From an uncultured Rhodopirellula sp. (GTDB lineage: Bacteria; Planctomycetota; Planctomycetia; Pirellulales; Pirellulaceae), in the NCBI GenBank assembly GCA_964007735.1, contig CAXGAI010000010.1:62001-126000 (forward strand): 64,000 bases of DNA. Reading direction: 5' to 3'. Positions 10,346 through 20,557 of this stretch are shown piece by piece; the first letter of the stretch is position 1; each line of letters opens with the position of its first letter. Under the pieces are notes generated by a model, which was given only the letters and a program-made list of their open reading frames with translations, was not told where the DNA came from and searched no databases. Made by a program: the position numbers and the translations under genes.

Positions 10346-11815
10346 ATGAAATTCAATAGATGTGGTTTAATTGTCCTCAGTACTCTGTTGCCTCTCTTAT
10401 TCTCCTCGTCGGCCGTTCTTGCACAGCCTATTCCCGTATACCGAGAACGACTTAGACCTCAATTTCACTTCACTGCCAGACAGTGGACGCTTCACAAGCT
10501 GAATCCTGTCATCAGGCCAGAACCGCCGCATGGTGGAGAGCAGGGCTGGATAAATGATCCCAACGGCCTGGTCTTCTACAAAGGTGAATGGCATCTGTTT
10601 GCAAACGGTGCTGGAAGCTATTGGGTCCATGCCGTTTCCAAAGACTTACTGCACTGGGAAGAACTACCTCCAAAGCTAATCCGCGACACCGTTCTCGGAA
10701 ATACTGCTTCAGGCAGTGCCGTCGTTGATTGGAATAACACCTCAGGGTTTGGTACAGCAAAGGAAAAAGCATTGCTCGCCTTCTTCACCGGCTGGAAGAA
10801 CAAGGTGCAGTGCATGGCCTACAGCATCGATCGTGGGCGGACCTGGACGAAATATAAAGAGAATCCAATTCTGGCACACGCCGATCGTGACCCGAAAGTC
10901 TTTTGGTACGAACCGGATTCTAAGTGGATCATGATCGTCTATGGACCGCCGGGCAGAAGTTACAATTTCTTTGGATCTGCTGATTTGAAAAACTGGGAAA
11001 AATTAAGCACCTTTCCAGATATGTTCGAGTGCCCTGATATCTTTCAGTTACCACTTGATGACGATCAGGAAAATATAAAATGGGTGCTATCAGATGGAAA
11101 CGGAAGTTACGTTGTCGGTCAGTTTGATGGAAGGGAGTTTCATGTAGAGCAGCAGAAAGAGGCGCTCGATTATGGTTTCAATTTCTATGCAACCCAAACC
11201 TGGAGTGATGTACCAAAGAAAGACGGTCGGTGTATTCAAATGGCCTGGATGCGTGGTGGCAAGTTTCCAGATATGCCATTTAATCAACAACTGACCTTTC
11301 CCTGTGAATTGAGCTTACGGACCGTCCGAGGCAAGATGATCCTCTATCGCTATCCAATAGCCGATATCAGCGGGCTGTATGCTAAGGAACATAAATGGAA
11401 AAACATTTCCGTTAGTCACGGAAACAACTTGCTTTGTGGAATCGAAGGAGATTCTTTCGATATCGAAGTTGAATTTGAACCAGCTGAATCAGATGCACTT
11501 GGATTTAAAATTCAGGGAAATGATGTGCAATACACAACGAAAACGAAAGCTGTTGTTTCATGCCGGACTCATCCCATGAAAACAGAGCCTATTAATGGCC
11601 GAGTTCATATGCGTCTTCTTATAGACCGTACGTCCATTGAAGTATTCGTTAATCACGGCGAGATTACCGGAGCAAATTGCATTTTGCCTAAGGAAGAAAG
11701 CGGGCCCCCGAAACTCTATATCAACGGTGGGGATGCCTTTATCCATTCCCTTAAGGTGCGCGAGCTTAAATCGATCTGGCCAACTACTGGACATACTGCA
11801 TCACGTAGAAGGTAG
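10346..11815 (+). CDS. Secreted glycoside hydrolase family 32 (levanase / beta-fructosidase)
   Basis: WINDPNG, RDPKVFW, FECPD, DYGFNFYATQTW; C-terminal beta-sandwich DRTSIEVF; signal peptide. Confidence 0.93.
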   Translation: MKFNRCGLIVLSTLLPLLFSSSAVLAQPIPVYRERLRPQFHFTARQWTLHKLNPVIRPEPPHGGEQGWINDPNGLVFYKGEWHLFANGAGSYWVHAVSKDLLHWEELPPKLIRDTVLGNTASGSAVVDWNNTSGFGTAKEKALLAFFTGWKNKVQCMAYSIDRGRTWTKYKENPILAHADRDPKVFWYEPDSKWIMIVYGPPGRSYNFFGSADLKNWEKLSTFPDMFECPDIFQLPLDDDQENIKWVLSDGNGSYVVGQFDGREFHVEQQKEALDYGFNFYATQTWSDVPKKDGRCIQMAWMRGGKFPDMPFNQQLTFPCELSLRTVRGKMILYRYPIADISGLYAKEHKWKNISVSHGNNLLCGIEGDSFDIEVEFEPAESDALGFKIQGNDVQYTTKTKAVVSCRTHPMKTEPINGRVHMRLLIDRTSIEVFVNHGEITGANCILPKEESGPPKLYINGGDAFIHSLKVRELKSIWPTTGHTASRRR

Positions 11816-11854
11816 CTGCCGATCATCATACGCCACAAAACTTGAAAACATACT

Positions 11855-11896
11855 AAAAAAACTCCTGCAAGCCGGTGAAGGTTCGCAGGAGCTTTT
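11855..11896. terminator. Bidirectional terminator between the convergent GH32 and tRNA-Arg genes
   Basis: A7-CTCCTGC...GCAGGAG-CTTTT; T-tract on both strands. Confidence 0.65.
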
Positions 11897-11903
11897 AGTG
11901 GAG

Positions 11904-11977
11904 TACATCCGGAGGGATTCGAACCCCCAACCCTCGGTTCCGAAGACCGATGCTCTATCCAGTTGAGCTACGGATGC
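11904..11977 (-). tRNA. tRNA-Arg(UCG)
   Basis: GCATCCGTAGCTCAACTGGATAGAGCATCGGTCTTCGGAACCGAGGGTTGGGGGTTCGAATCCCTCCGGATGTA; anticodon TCG; CCA not encoded. Confidence 0.95.
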
Positions 11978-11995
11978 AAATAGGAATTAGTTGTC

Positions 11996-12023
11996 AAAAT
12001 ATCAGCAACTGAAGTAATGTCAA
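11996..12023 (-). promoter_or_regulatory. Sigma-70-type promoter for tRNA-Arg
   Basis: Minus strand TTGACA-N16-TATTTT with an extended TGn motif, just upstream of the tRNA. Confidence 0.55.
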
Positions 12024-12035
12024 GAGTGGGTGATC

Positions 12036-13163
12036 TTAGTTCGTCACACGTCGAGGCACATAGTCATGATCCCGCTTACGAATCAATTCTGCCGTAATAA
12101 TCTTGTCCGGTTGCAGCTTCGCATCCGGCATTTCAGGATTGACCTTTGTAATCTGCCGAACAATCTCCAGCCCTTCAATCACGCGCCCGAAGCACGTGTG
12201 CTTCCCATTCAGATTGGCGGTTGGTCGGAAGGTAATAAAGAACTGAGACCCCCCTGAATTTGGTCCGCCATGAGCCATGCCAAGTGACCCTGTGAAGAAT
12301 TTGCGATGGTCGTTACGTGTCAGGCACTCGCAATAAATCCGGTATCCAGGCCCACCAGAGCCATCACCTTTGGGACAACCAGTCTGAGCCATAAAGTTTT
12401 GTAAGACCCGATGGAACTTTAATCCGTCGTAATACCCCTGCTCAACCAAATTGACAAAGTTCCCAACTGTCTCAGGTGCTTCGTTTTCGAACAGTTCAAT
12501 AATAATCTCACCTTTACCGGTCGTGAGCTTCACGCGCGGCAAGTCATCGGCTTCCGCTTCCGCTGCTCGAATCTCTGCTTCCCGCTTCCAGAAATCAACA
12601 TAGCCATTCTTTACTTCACCGTAGTAATTACGGCCCATCTGAGAAATCTCGCCGACCTGCTCCGCTCGCTTAAACGCTTCTTCCGCCTCGGCAAATTTAT
12701 GATTGGCAAAACTTGAGATGCCAATCATATCATGTAACTTGCGATCCGTACTTCCTGCTTCCAACATGGAGACACTAATGTGTTCACATGTTTCATAATC
12801 ATCCGCCAACAATGCCTCACCGGCTAATTCAATCAACATACGAACCAACGCTCGATCACGCGTCTGGGGGTTTTCAACAAAGGCCGCGAGGGCTGCTGAC
12901 CTTAGTTTAGGAAATAGCACATCACCTTTAGAGACAACTTCTGCCCACTGTTTTCGAATTCCTGGAATCTGCGACGGTTTGGCACTGTCAAACTCCGCCC
13001 GGAGCTGCTGCAGATCTTTCAGCATCTGCTTCCATTCAGCCAGCTTAGCCTCATAAGCTTTACGGGCCGGGCCCTCTTCCTGTTGGAGGGTGACTGCATA
13101 CACGTTGGCTGCAGCGGCAATAAAAAGAAACAACACGCAACTGGTAACAATACGATTCTTCAT
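12036..13163 (-). CDS. Exported cyclophilin-type peptidylprolyl isomerase with a helical/TPR-like N-terminal region
   Basis: FHRVLQNFMAQTG, GSLGMAH, GSQFFI, GKHTCFGRV; signal peptide from MKNRIV. Confidence 0.9.
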   Translation of the reverse strand: MKNRIVTSCVLFLFIAAAANVYAVTLQQEEGPARKAYEAKLAEWKQMLKDLQQLRAEFDSAKPSQIPGIRKQWAEVVSKGDVLFPKLRSAALAAFVENPQTRDRALVRMLIELAGEALLADDYETCEHISVSMLEAGSTDRKLHDMIGISSFANHKFAEAEEAFKRAEQVGEISQMGRNYYGEVKNGYVDFWKREAEIRAAEAEADDLPRVKLTTGKGEIIIELFENEAPETVGNFVNLVEQGYYDGLKFHRVLQNFMAQTGCPKGDGSGGPGYRIYCECLTRNDHRKFFTGSLGMAHGGPNSGGSQFFITFRPTANLNGKHTCFGRVIEGLEIVRQITKVNPEMPDAKLQPDKIITAELIRKRDHDYVPRRVTN

Positions 13164-13378
13164 TTGCGAACCTGAATATTGAATTGAGACAGAAGTAAAC
13201 ACCATCTTTATTCCTTAAGCCTAGCACCTCTGACCGGTAAAAAAGACTCCGAGCATTTGTTGTTATACGAACAAACGGAAGAATTGCCCATACGACCGGC
13301 ACGACTGGAATATCCTACGTAGTGAATCATAAATTGGGTCACTACCAATTCTCTTAGTCTGTCGCTAGGCTGAAAGAC

Positions 13379-14020
13379 ATGAATCGTCGCAGTAAGAAGT
13401 CCAGCCGCTCCCGCCAGCCCAAAGAAGCCTCCCTGCAATCCAAATTGCGGATCATCGGAGGTAAATATGGTGGACGCCAAATTCAATACAGCGGTGACCA
13501 ACGCACTCGCCCCATGAAAAACCGAGTGCGTGAGGCAATGTTCAATCTGGTCGGACCCTGGGTCAAAGGTACATACACTATCGATCTGTTCGCCGGTACG
13601 GGCGCCGTGGGACTCGAATCCGTCAGTCGGGGCTCCATCGGAGCAACCCTCATCGAAAAGCATTTCCCAACGGCCCGAATGATCGATGATAATGTTCGCC
13701 TCTTGGAATTGGAGTCGACCGTTGAAGTGGTTTCTGGTGATGCGTTCCATTGGCTCGAACACCGTATGCCCAGCCAATTTCAACCTCCATCAAATACTCC
13801 CTGGACCATATTCTTTTGTCCTCCTTATGACTTCTTTCTCGATCGACAGGAAGAAATGCTGGAGATGATTCAAACGATGATGGACCGAGCTCCCACGGGA
13901 AGCCATGTGATCGTCGAAAGTGACACTCGATTTTCAGACGAACTCTTACCTTATGGCGGGCAGTGGGATGTCAGGCCTTACCCGCCGGCGGTTCTGATGC
14001 TATTACAAAAGTTTAAGTAA
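13379..14020 (+). CDS. rsmD: 16S rRNA m2G966 methyltransferase RsmD family
   Basis: LRIIGGKYGGRQI, TRP, VREAMFN, DLFAGTGAVGLESVSRG, CPPY. Confidence 0.88.
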   Translation: MNRRSKKSSRSRQPKEASLQSKLRIIGGKYGGRQIQYSGDQRTRPMKNRVREAMFNLVGPWVKGTYTIDLFAGTGAVGLESVSRGSIGATLIEKHFPTARMIDDNVRLLELESTVEVVSGDAFHWLEHRMPSQFQPPSNTPWTIFFCPPYDFFLDRQEEMLEMIQTMMDRAPTGSHVIVESDTRFSDELLPYGGQWDVRPYPPAVLMLLQKFK

Positions 14021-14146
14021 ACCGGCTGGTTGGTTTTTTATTCTGCATTCAATCTGATCGATCCTTCACGAAAGCGATCGAAGGTAAACTTCCGGAATGC
14101 CGTGCCGAAACCTTTTCCTGAGTTTACTAAAGGAACTCTTTTTGGC

Positions 14147-14434
14147 TTACGAATTTCTTTTCCTCAGAGCGAGGATCCAACCACCAACAAATAAAGCCAC
14201 GGCAGACAGGGGAATCACAAACTTGAGAATTCGGGTACTCATATCGATCTGATCACTCACCCCTTCATGTTCTGCTGCAAGCTCGGCTCGGTCCCAGGCT
14301 AAAAACGAACCAACGGCCAGTATCAATCCCCAAACGGCAACGGAAACAATGAGCCACTTGGTGACCGTCCTGCGTGTTGCCATTTCCGTGGGAGAAATCT
14401 CAGCGTTTTGACTTGGTTCAGCTTGAATATCCAT
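14147..14434 (-). CDS. Small membrane protein with two predicted TM helices
   Basis: Two hydrophobic stretches. Start at MDIQAEP overlaps the radical SAM stop by 17 nt. Confidence 0.65.
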   Translation of the reverse strand: MDIQAEPSQNAEISPTEMATRRTVTKWLIVSVAVWGLILAVGSFLAWDRAELAAEHEGVSDQIDMSTRILKFVIPLSAVALFVGGWILALRKRNS

Positions 14435-15284
14435 AATATCCCACCGATTGAATTCCAGTTTTTGAAGTAACGAGTTCAACGATACGATCAACTTCCGAGT
14501 CTGCCAATGGGGTGACATAAGATTCTGCCGGCAGTCTGGCAATCGTATAAATCTGAATCCGTGAAATCTCTCCACCCTGCTGGAGTATATGGGCAAGCCG
14601 CTGGCAAAACATCTCCAACTCTTTGTCACTTGGTCCTTGATCATTCACTTTCATAAATAGAGACTGAATGACAATCGGCCGGACGCTGGCTGCCTGTTCA
14701 ATATTATCCAGAACCCGCTGAAAGGGAATACGGGTACGTTCGATCAATCTGTAGTACTCCTCGGATCCCGCATCAAGTTTGGCCCAGATTTCACCCTGAT
14801 TAGCATCCATGATCTTCAGACCGCGCTGCACATGATCTCGATGGAACATACTTGCATTCGTAATCAACACCATCTTGACTGAATCCAGACCATGCTTTTG
14901 TTTTAGCTCGGCACAAGACTGGATGATTTCATCAAAGTTCTTATAGGTGGTGGGCTCTCCATCACCCGAAAATGCCACATCGTTGAGCCTTTGTAGAGGA
15001 GGCGGAACTACGGAAAACTGCTCACTTCTGAATAATTCACCTGAGGTAACCAACCCCAGCATTTCATCCAGTTCCGTTAGAAGTTGACCCATTTCCACAA
15101 ATCGGGTCTCGCTGCTTGTCATACGGTCAACCTGACAATAGATACAGTCGAAATTACAGACTTTGTCTGGGTTTAGATTCACGCCTATCGACACACCCTG
15201 ACTACGCCGGCTGAGAACCGGATAGACAAATCGATTCATCTCAAACGATCGCTCGTGGGACGTATGAAGCACATTCTTCTGCAT
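14418..15284 (-). CDS. Radical SAM protein (COG0731-like)
   Basis: VYPVLSRR-SIGVNL, CNFDCIYC (CxxxCxxC), FSGDGEPT, ITNAS, AKLDAG. Confidence 0.9.
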   Translation of the reverse strand: MQKNVLHTSHERSFEMNRFVYPVLSRRSQGVSIGVNLNPDKVCNFDCIYCQVDRMTSSETRFVEMGQLLTELDEMLGLVTSGELFRSEQFSVVPPPLQRLNDVAFSGDGEPTTYKNFDEIIQSCAELKQKHGLDSVKMVLITNASMFHRDHVQRGLKIMDANQGEIWAKLDAGSEEYYRLIERTRIPFQRVLDNIEQAASVRPIVIQSLFMKVNDQGPSDKELEMFCQRLAHILQQGGEISRIQIYTIARLPAESYVTPLADSEVDRIVELVTSKTGIQSVGYYGYSS

Positions 15285-15356
15285 GCTTTCTATTATAACG
15301 TCCTTCTTGATTTCGTCTTCCCAGTCAGGGTTACAAACTTCTGGGAACTGGCGGAA

Positions 15357-18092
15357 CTAACGCTCCGGTGAATCTTCAATCGTTGCTGTGACTGGCTTCT
15401 TGTCGGTGATGGCAAAAGTCAACCAACCCTGATTGATCTCAAACAAATCAATTCCACTTGCCTTCATACTTGGGTGCTGAACAATATTCTCCCCGAGTAA
15501 CGTCAGAGTTCGAGTCGAAGGGAGCACCTTGTTAAATATTGTCTGTAATGCAATACGGTCTCCAAGTCGTAAACCTTTACCAAGAATCTGAATCACTCCA
15601 TGACGCTGAAGGGTGCCACTAATGGCGTCTGAAGACGGAGCATACTCCGCCAAAATAGCAAAGTTTCTCCAGCCGACTCGCTTATTCTGTAACTGTCGCA
15701 TCTGAATCATCAGTTGTACTTTACCTTTGTAAAATCGAATTCGAACCGATTCCCTCTCCATGAAACGAACCATGACCGTCTCTGGCACATCCACTGGCAC
15801 CTCGAAATTATCCATGCCAAGTTGCTCAGCAATTCTCGCCATCACCTCGATAAGTTTGCCGGACTTTCCATCAAGATCCAGATTATGAAGTAGATTATTC
15901 ATGGCTGATTCGTGAATCTGAATTCCTACTAACGTCTCTGCGGGGATCTCCGGATGAAAGCCGTGGGCGGCTAATTGATGAATACCCGCCAGGCGATAAT
16001 CAATCGCCAGCTTATTATCCACCGTGTGTAACTGAGTGGCGACCGGGCGTAAGTTGAGATCCTGCATGGGTTCCAGCCAACGTGAATTGTACGTCTGTTC
16101 CATTTTGGTCATTTGATTCACAACTTTATCATCAAGTGTGTCGGTCGCCTGTTGGCGAATTCGCAGATCCATTGCTTTGGCGGCCGACTTTTCTTTCTGT
16201 TTGTACTGATTCTTCGCCATGTTGCGGGCAATACCGCCAAGCAGTGAATTGTCGTAGTCTGTTTCGAAGTTGACGAGTTTACTCTCACTTTGAACATCCG
16301 CTAATGTTTCGCCAAACTCGATACCACTTGGCGAAATCATGATCTTTTTATTCGCCTGAAAAGAAGCTGAGGCTTCATTCTCAAAAACGGCTGCACCTTT
16401 AGTCGACGTGGTGCGCGACTCTATTTCTCCCTGAGCATCCAATCCGATTACCCACCGCCCGTCATCTTCCAGCAGTTGCACCTTCAAACGTGAGGTAGTG
16501 TCACTAGTCCCTTCAACACGAGCGCCTAACACTTTATCGTCAACCGGGGCCGACACCTGAGTCTCTGTCGGGATCAAACGATTGATAAACTCCTCCGCAA
16601 TTCGAATACGAATGTTCCCGGCCCGATAACGCTCTTCAAGCATCGCTCCAAGACTAGCGACGTTATCATCAAGTGACCAGCGAATCACCTGAAATGTGTT
16701 GGCGATAGGAACCGCTCGATAATTGTAACGACTGCTTTCGAATAACTCGATGTCACGCATGAGCTTTGGATAATCGACTGGCTCAACGCACCACTGACGC
16801 AAGCCAAATTCCAAACTGGTAAATGCTTCTTCCTGAAGCAGAGACTTTTGTTCAGGTGTTAGCGAACGTGCGTGCATGCGTAAAAGGATTCGCTGAGCTT
16901 CCTTGCCGCGGGCAGCAACATCAACACCGTCCTCCCGACTCACATACCTGCGTAACTCATCCAGCTTCAAATAAACCTGCCAATTTTCAGCTTCATCAGA
17001 TCCTATCAGGCGTTCCTCAATACCTTCAATGGCCGCTGCTACCTGATCGCGTGAAGAACCCGGAGTCTCCACCGACACTTGTTGATTGGAGACAATCGTT
17101 TGGACAGCGTGCCAGATTTCAAGTCGCGTATCCAGTCCAACAAGTGTTTTTTGCATGACAACCAACGGGTCACCAGCCGGCACTTTGGAAAGGAGGGCCT
17201 GCCCCTGCTCATGAGCATCCCTTAAAGCCGCCAATACTCGCACTGACTCGACAGAACCCAGACCACGTACTGCATGTAACGTCTCCAGTGAATCCAAGAG
17301 TCCCTCAGCCCAATCAGAGAGTACTGCAATTGTTGCCAACTGTTTCAATTGACGCTGAAGTTGGGGAGACTGGGGCCAGCATTCAGGCTGAAGATCAATC
17401 GGAGCCCCTTCTGCCTGATCGATCGGCTTTGGTGTAGACATATCAACCGTCGATTTGTCTTGTGATTCTGATCTCGCAACCAAAAACACATCTGACATAT
17501 TCATCGTTTCAGGCATTCCCTTCGAATCCCCAGACCCTTGTCGCATCATATCCTTAGCTGAAGGAACCCGAGGAATCGTAACATTCCGAGCTTCTAGTGG
17601 TTTTGGTGCTGGAGCATCTTCCTCAACAAACTTTTGCGGCATCTTGGTCTCCAACAAAGCGACTTCCTGTGCCTGTTCAACAACCACCGAATCGATTTCC
17701 AACAAAGAGTCAATCAATACTTTTTCTATGTCTTCAGTTACCAATACCCCAGGAGCTGTCGCAACAGATTCCACTCCAACCTCTATCGCTAACGCTTCAC
17801 TCACAGCAACTTCTTCTACTTCTGTAGGCTTCGTCGTAAAAGCATGACGCTGAAGAATCTGTTGTATATCAACTACCTGTTCATCTCCCAAAGGAACAAC
17901 GATCGACTCCCCTAGCTCCGCGGCTAATGACGGTTCAACCTCTAACGCCTCTTCAGCCATTGGGGAAAATCGGTCAAACGCTCCAATCGATAATGCAAAT
18001 AGGAGTAGGCAAAAGACCATTAAATACGGTGAACTGGTTTGCTTGGTGGTCACGAGCTTTATTCTCTTTTCTCTTCGATCCGATAGTCTCAA
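15357..18092 (-). CDS. Large hypothetical membrane-anchored or exported protein
   Basis: 911-aa ORF with an N-terminal hydrophobic helix, an acidic low-complexity region, then helical and beta-rich regions. Confidence 0.8.
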   Translation of the reverse strand: MRLSDRREKRIKLVTTKQTSSPYLMVFCLLLFALSIGAFDRFSPMAEEALEVEPSLAAELGESIVVPLGDEQVVDIQQILQRHAFTTKPTEVEEVAVSEALAIEVGVESVATAPGVLVTEDIEKVLIDSLLEIDSVVVEQAQEVALLETKMPQKFVEEDAPAPKPLEARNVTIPRVPSAKDMMRQGSGDSKGMPETMNMSDVFLVARSESQDKSTVDMSTPKPIDQAEGAPIDLQPECWPQSPQLQRQLKQLATIAVLSDWAEGLLDSLETLHAVRGLGSVESVRVLAALRDAHEQGQALLSKVPAGDPLVVMQKTLVGLDTRLEIWHAVQTIVSNQQVSVETPGSSRDQVAAAIEGIEERLIGSDEAENWQVYLKLDELRRYVSREDGVDVAARGKEAQRILLRMHARSLTPEQKSLLQEEAFTSLEFGLRQWCVEPVDYPKLMRDIELFESSRYNYRAVPIANTFQVIRWSLDDNVASLGAMLEERYRAGNIRIRIAEEFINRLIPTETQVSAPVDDKVLGARVEGTSDTTSRLKVQLLEDDGRWVIGLDAQGEIESRTTSTKGAAVFENEASASFQANKKIMISPSGIEFGETLADVQSESKLVNFETDYDNSLLGGIARNMAKNQYKQKEKSAAKAMDLRIRQQATDTLDDKVVNQMTKMEQTYNSRWLEPMQDLNLRPVATQLHTVDNKLAIDYRLAGIHQLAAHGFHPEIPAETLVGIQIHESAMNNLLHNLDLDGKSGKLIEVMARIAEQLGMDNFEVPVDVPETVMVRFMERESVRIRFYKGKVQLMIQMRQLQNKRVGWRNFAILAEYAPSSDAISGTLQRHGVIQILGKGLRLGDRIALQTIFNKVLPSTRTLTLLGENIVQHPSMKASGIDLFEINQGWLTFAITDKKPVTATIEDSPER

Positions 18093-18281
18093 CTATCCAT
18101 GTGATCTGGCTCAATCCGCCTGGCAGATCACATAGTAGAAGCATACCGGAAGCGCAAAATGCATCTCTACAACTAGTAAAATCGGAATATACCGACTAAA
18201 GAGTAAAACCCGATTTCAATTAAGAAGGCAGAAAAATCGGCTCGCTGCATGAAGATAGGCAAACTGAGTAGAATTTGCGGG

Positions 18282-18668
18282 TTAAGAGTCTATTTCTTCA
18301 CCATTTTCATTGATCAACACTGTATCGTGGTGCTCATAAGCAGGAGCACAGCAGCATAGAAAGAGCAATGTCTGCTCCCCGGAATTTCGAATCGTATGAA
18401 TAGCTCCGGGGGGAATCGCAATCGCATCACCGGGGCCAACCGGTTGCATTTCCTTGCCAATCGTCATCTCACCCACTCCCTGAAGAATGTAATAAATTTC
18501 TTCGGTCAATGGATGATAATGAGGTTGCGTTTCCAAGCCTGGCGCAACGCGTGCCTCAGCCAGACTTTGTTTGCTGATCACTGAATTTCGATGCGCCAGT
18601 AATTCCCGAATCACTGAACCATCCTTCGTGGTGAAAGCGGGCACATCATTAATATTGTGAATGTCCAT
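18282..18668 (-). CDS. Cupin domain protein
   Basis: PHYHPLTEEIYYILQG and GDAIAIPPGAIHTIRN cupin motifs. Confidence 0.9.
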   Translation of the reverse strand: MDIHNINDVPAFTTKDGSVIRELLAHRNSVISKQSLAEARVAPGLETQPHYHPLTEEIYYILQGVGEMTIGKEMQPVGPGDAIAIPPGAIHTIRNSGEQTLLFLCCCAPAYEHHDTVLINENGEEIDS

Positions 18669-18840
18669 ATCTACTTATTTGATATTTCTATTAGCTTCAA
18701 CCGAAACTTTGAGCTAACTGGCTGGTTTAGTATTCGTTAGCTATTCAGGATCACTGGTGTTCTAGTACCCGTTTACACTACATCCTGGATAGCTAACTTT
18801 TTACACCTGCAAGGCATGTCTAACTTCCAGACAACCACTT

Positions 18841-19578
18841 CTAGTCGTTATCTTTGTCCTGAACCTTCTCGTTCTTATCATCACCTTCATTATTAGGGTC
18901 CGGTTTCGGCGGTACATAACCGAATGGTAAAGCGGCCGTGACTTTGAGAGAAGTAGCTTTAGCCCGCATGAGTTGCGCCTGAGGAGTATAGTACCAGGCA
19001 TTTACTTCGACTTTATCACCAACGCGAGCCAGAGTTGGATTGTTCATTTTAACTCGGATTGTCATCTTATCTGCAAGCGGCACTGTCGTTTGAAAACCAG
19101 GTCCTGAGACTGTCATTTTTGAATCTTTGATATTCATGAGTCTTCCCGACACCAAATACCTGGCGGTTTGTTTGGAGGGTTCCGTCTTCTGACCACCAAA
19201 CAGTTCCTTGTTAGCTCCAGCGATCCCATCTGCTTGAACACCAAGTTTCGTTTCTTTATTGGGTTGAAAAACCAGCATGTCTTTGATAGCGACCTGTGCT
19301 TCACCTTTGGAGTTGAAGGTGCCCGAAAAACTCACATACGCCCCGCGTTGTAACCAGCGTGGTTCAGCCTGTCCCAACACTTCCACATATTGTGCATTAT
19401 CCGGCAAGAAGATAGTCCACTTCTGCCCTGAATCCAACTCTACGTAGTAACCAGCGTTAAAGAGACCAATAATTTTACCGTCGGTGCGTAATGTTTCTTT
19501 AGGAATTTGTTGTTCCTGAGCCTGGATACCTGCAAAAGAGGTAAACATTACTGAAAAGAAGAATAGTTTTCTTAGCAT
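18841..19578 (-). CDS. Hypothetical secreted protein
   Basis: Signal peptide ending IQA; 245-aa beta-rich ORF. Confidence 0.75.
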   Translation of the reverse strand: MLRKLFFFSVMFTSFAGIQAQEQQIPKETLRTDGKIIGLFNAGYYVELDSGQKWTIFLPDNAQYVEVLGQAEPRWLQRGAYVSFSGTFNSKGEAQVAIKDMLVFQPNKETKLGVQADGIAGANKELFGGQKTEPSKQTARYLVSGRLMNIKDSKMTVSGPGFQTTVPLADKMTIRVKMNNPTLARVGDKVEVNAWYYTPQAQLMRAKATSLKVTAALPFGYVPPKPDPNNEGDDKNEKVQDKDND

Positions 19579-19745
19579 AAATTACACTTTCAGGAAACTG
19601 GTCAAATTGACAGGTCGCTGGATAGTTAGTGCTTCTCAGGATAGTCCTAATCGCACTACAATAAGGAGCATTGAGAGCACGCATTGAGCTCTCAATTACC
19701 TTTCCAATTATAGGCCCCAATGGAAGGAATTCATCAGGAATCTCC

Positions 19746-20543
19746 ATGAACGGTGTTAAAAGACAAATAACGGTTCCAGAGTTTGTTAGCTTCAAGCAAC
19801 AAGGCCACCGCATTTCTATGCTGACAGCTTATGACTACCTGTCAGCCAAAATTCTAGACGAAGCGAATATTGAAGCCATTCTTGTAGGTGACACCGTCGG
19901 GATGGTATTTCAGGGACATGAGACAACACTGCCAGTCACATTGGATGATATCATCTATCACGCTGAAATCGTTGGGCGAGCCGTCCATCACGCACTAGTT
20001 GTTGTCGACCTTCCATTTCCAACTCATCTTGTGGGTGACCAATCTGCTATCGCCTCAGCGGGCCGGATCCTCAAAGAAACGCGATGTCAGGCAGTCAAGT
20101 TGGAAGGGGGAGCAGATCAGGCAGACACGATTGCGGCTTTAGTTTCGGCAGGTATACCTGTTATGGGACATATTGGCCTCCGGCCCCAAAGCGTCCACAC
20201 GATGGGAGGCTATAAAGTTCAACGAGATGAGGAAAGACTGTTGAGTGATGCATTAGCTGTTCAACAGGCTGGAGCATTTTCAGTCGTACTCGAATGTGTC
20301 CCGGCGGAACTAGCCGAAAAAATCACTCAGACGCTCGACATCCCTACGATAGGGATAGGAGCGGGTAAACAATGTGATGGTCAGGTATTAGTCCTTACCG
20401 ACATGCTTGGACTGACTCAGGAACCTCCTCGTTTTGTTAAAAAATACGCCGACCTTCGCGGCACCATTGCCGATGCCGCATCACGTTACCGCGACGAGGT
20501 CCAATCCGGTGACTTCCCCGGTTCTGAACACTCTTACAAATAA
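19746..20543 (+). CDS. panB: 3-methyl-2-oxobutanoate hydroxymethyltransferase
   Basis: [43 protein letters not shown] 19746 follows AGGAA. Confidence 0.96.
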   Translation: MNGVKRQITVPEFVSFKQQGHRISMLTAYDYLSAKILDEANIEAILVGDTVGMVFQGHETTLPVTLDDIIYHAEIVGRAVHHALVVVDLPFPTHLVGDQSAIASAGRILKETRCQAVKLEGGADQADTIAALVSAGIPVMGHIGLRPQSVHTMGGYKVQRDEERLLSDALAVQQAGAFSVVLECVPAELAEKITQTLDIPTIGIGAGKQCDGQVLVLTDMLGLTQEPPRFVKKYADLRGTIADAASRYRDEVQSGDFPGSEHSYK

Positions 20544-20557
20544 AGAGCAACTTCAAC

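Noticed and set aside
3533..11900. Prophage or integrative element at tRNA-Arg
   Set aside because: No integrase, transposase, phage gene or att duplication visible.
13208..13783. 191-aa minus-strand ORF
   Set aside because: Antisense shadow of rsmD with no recognisable motifs.
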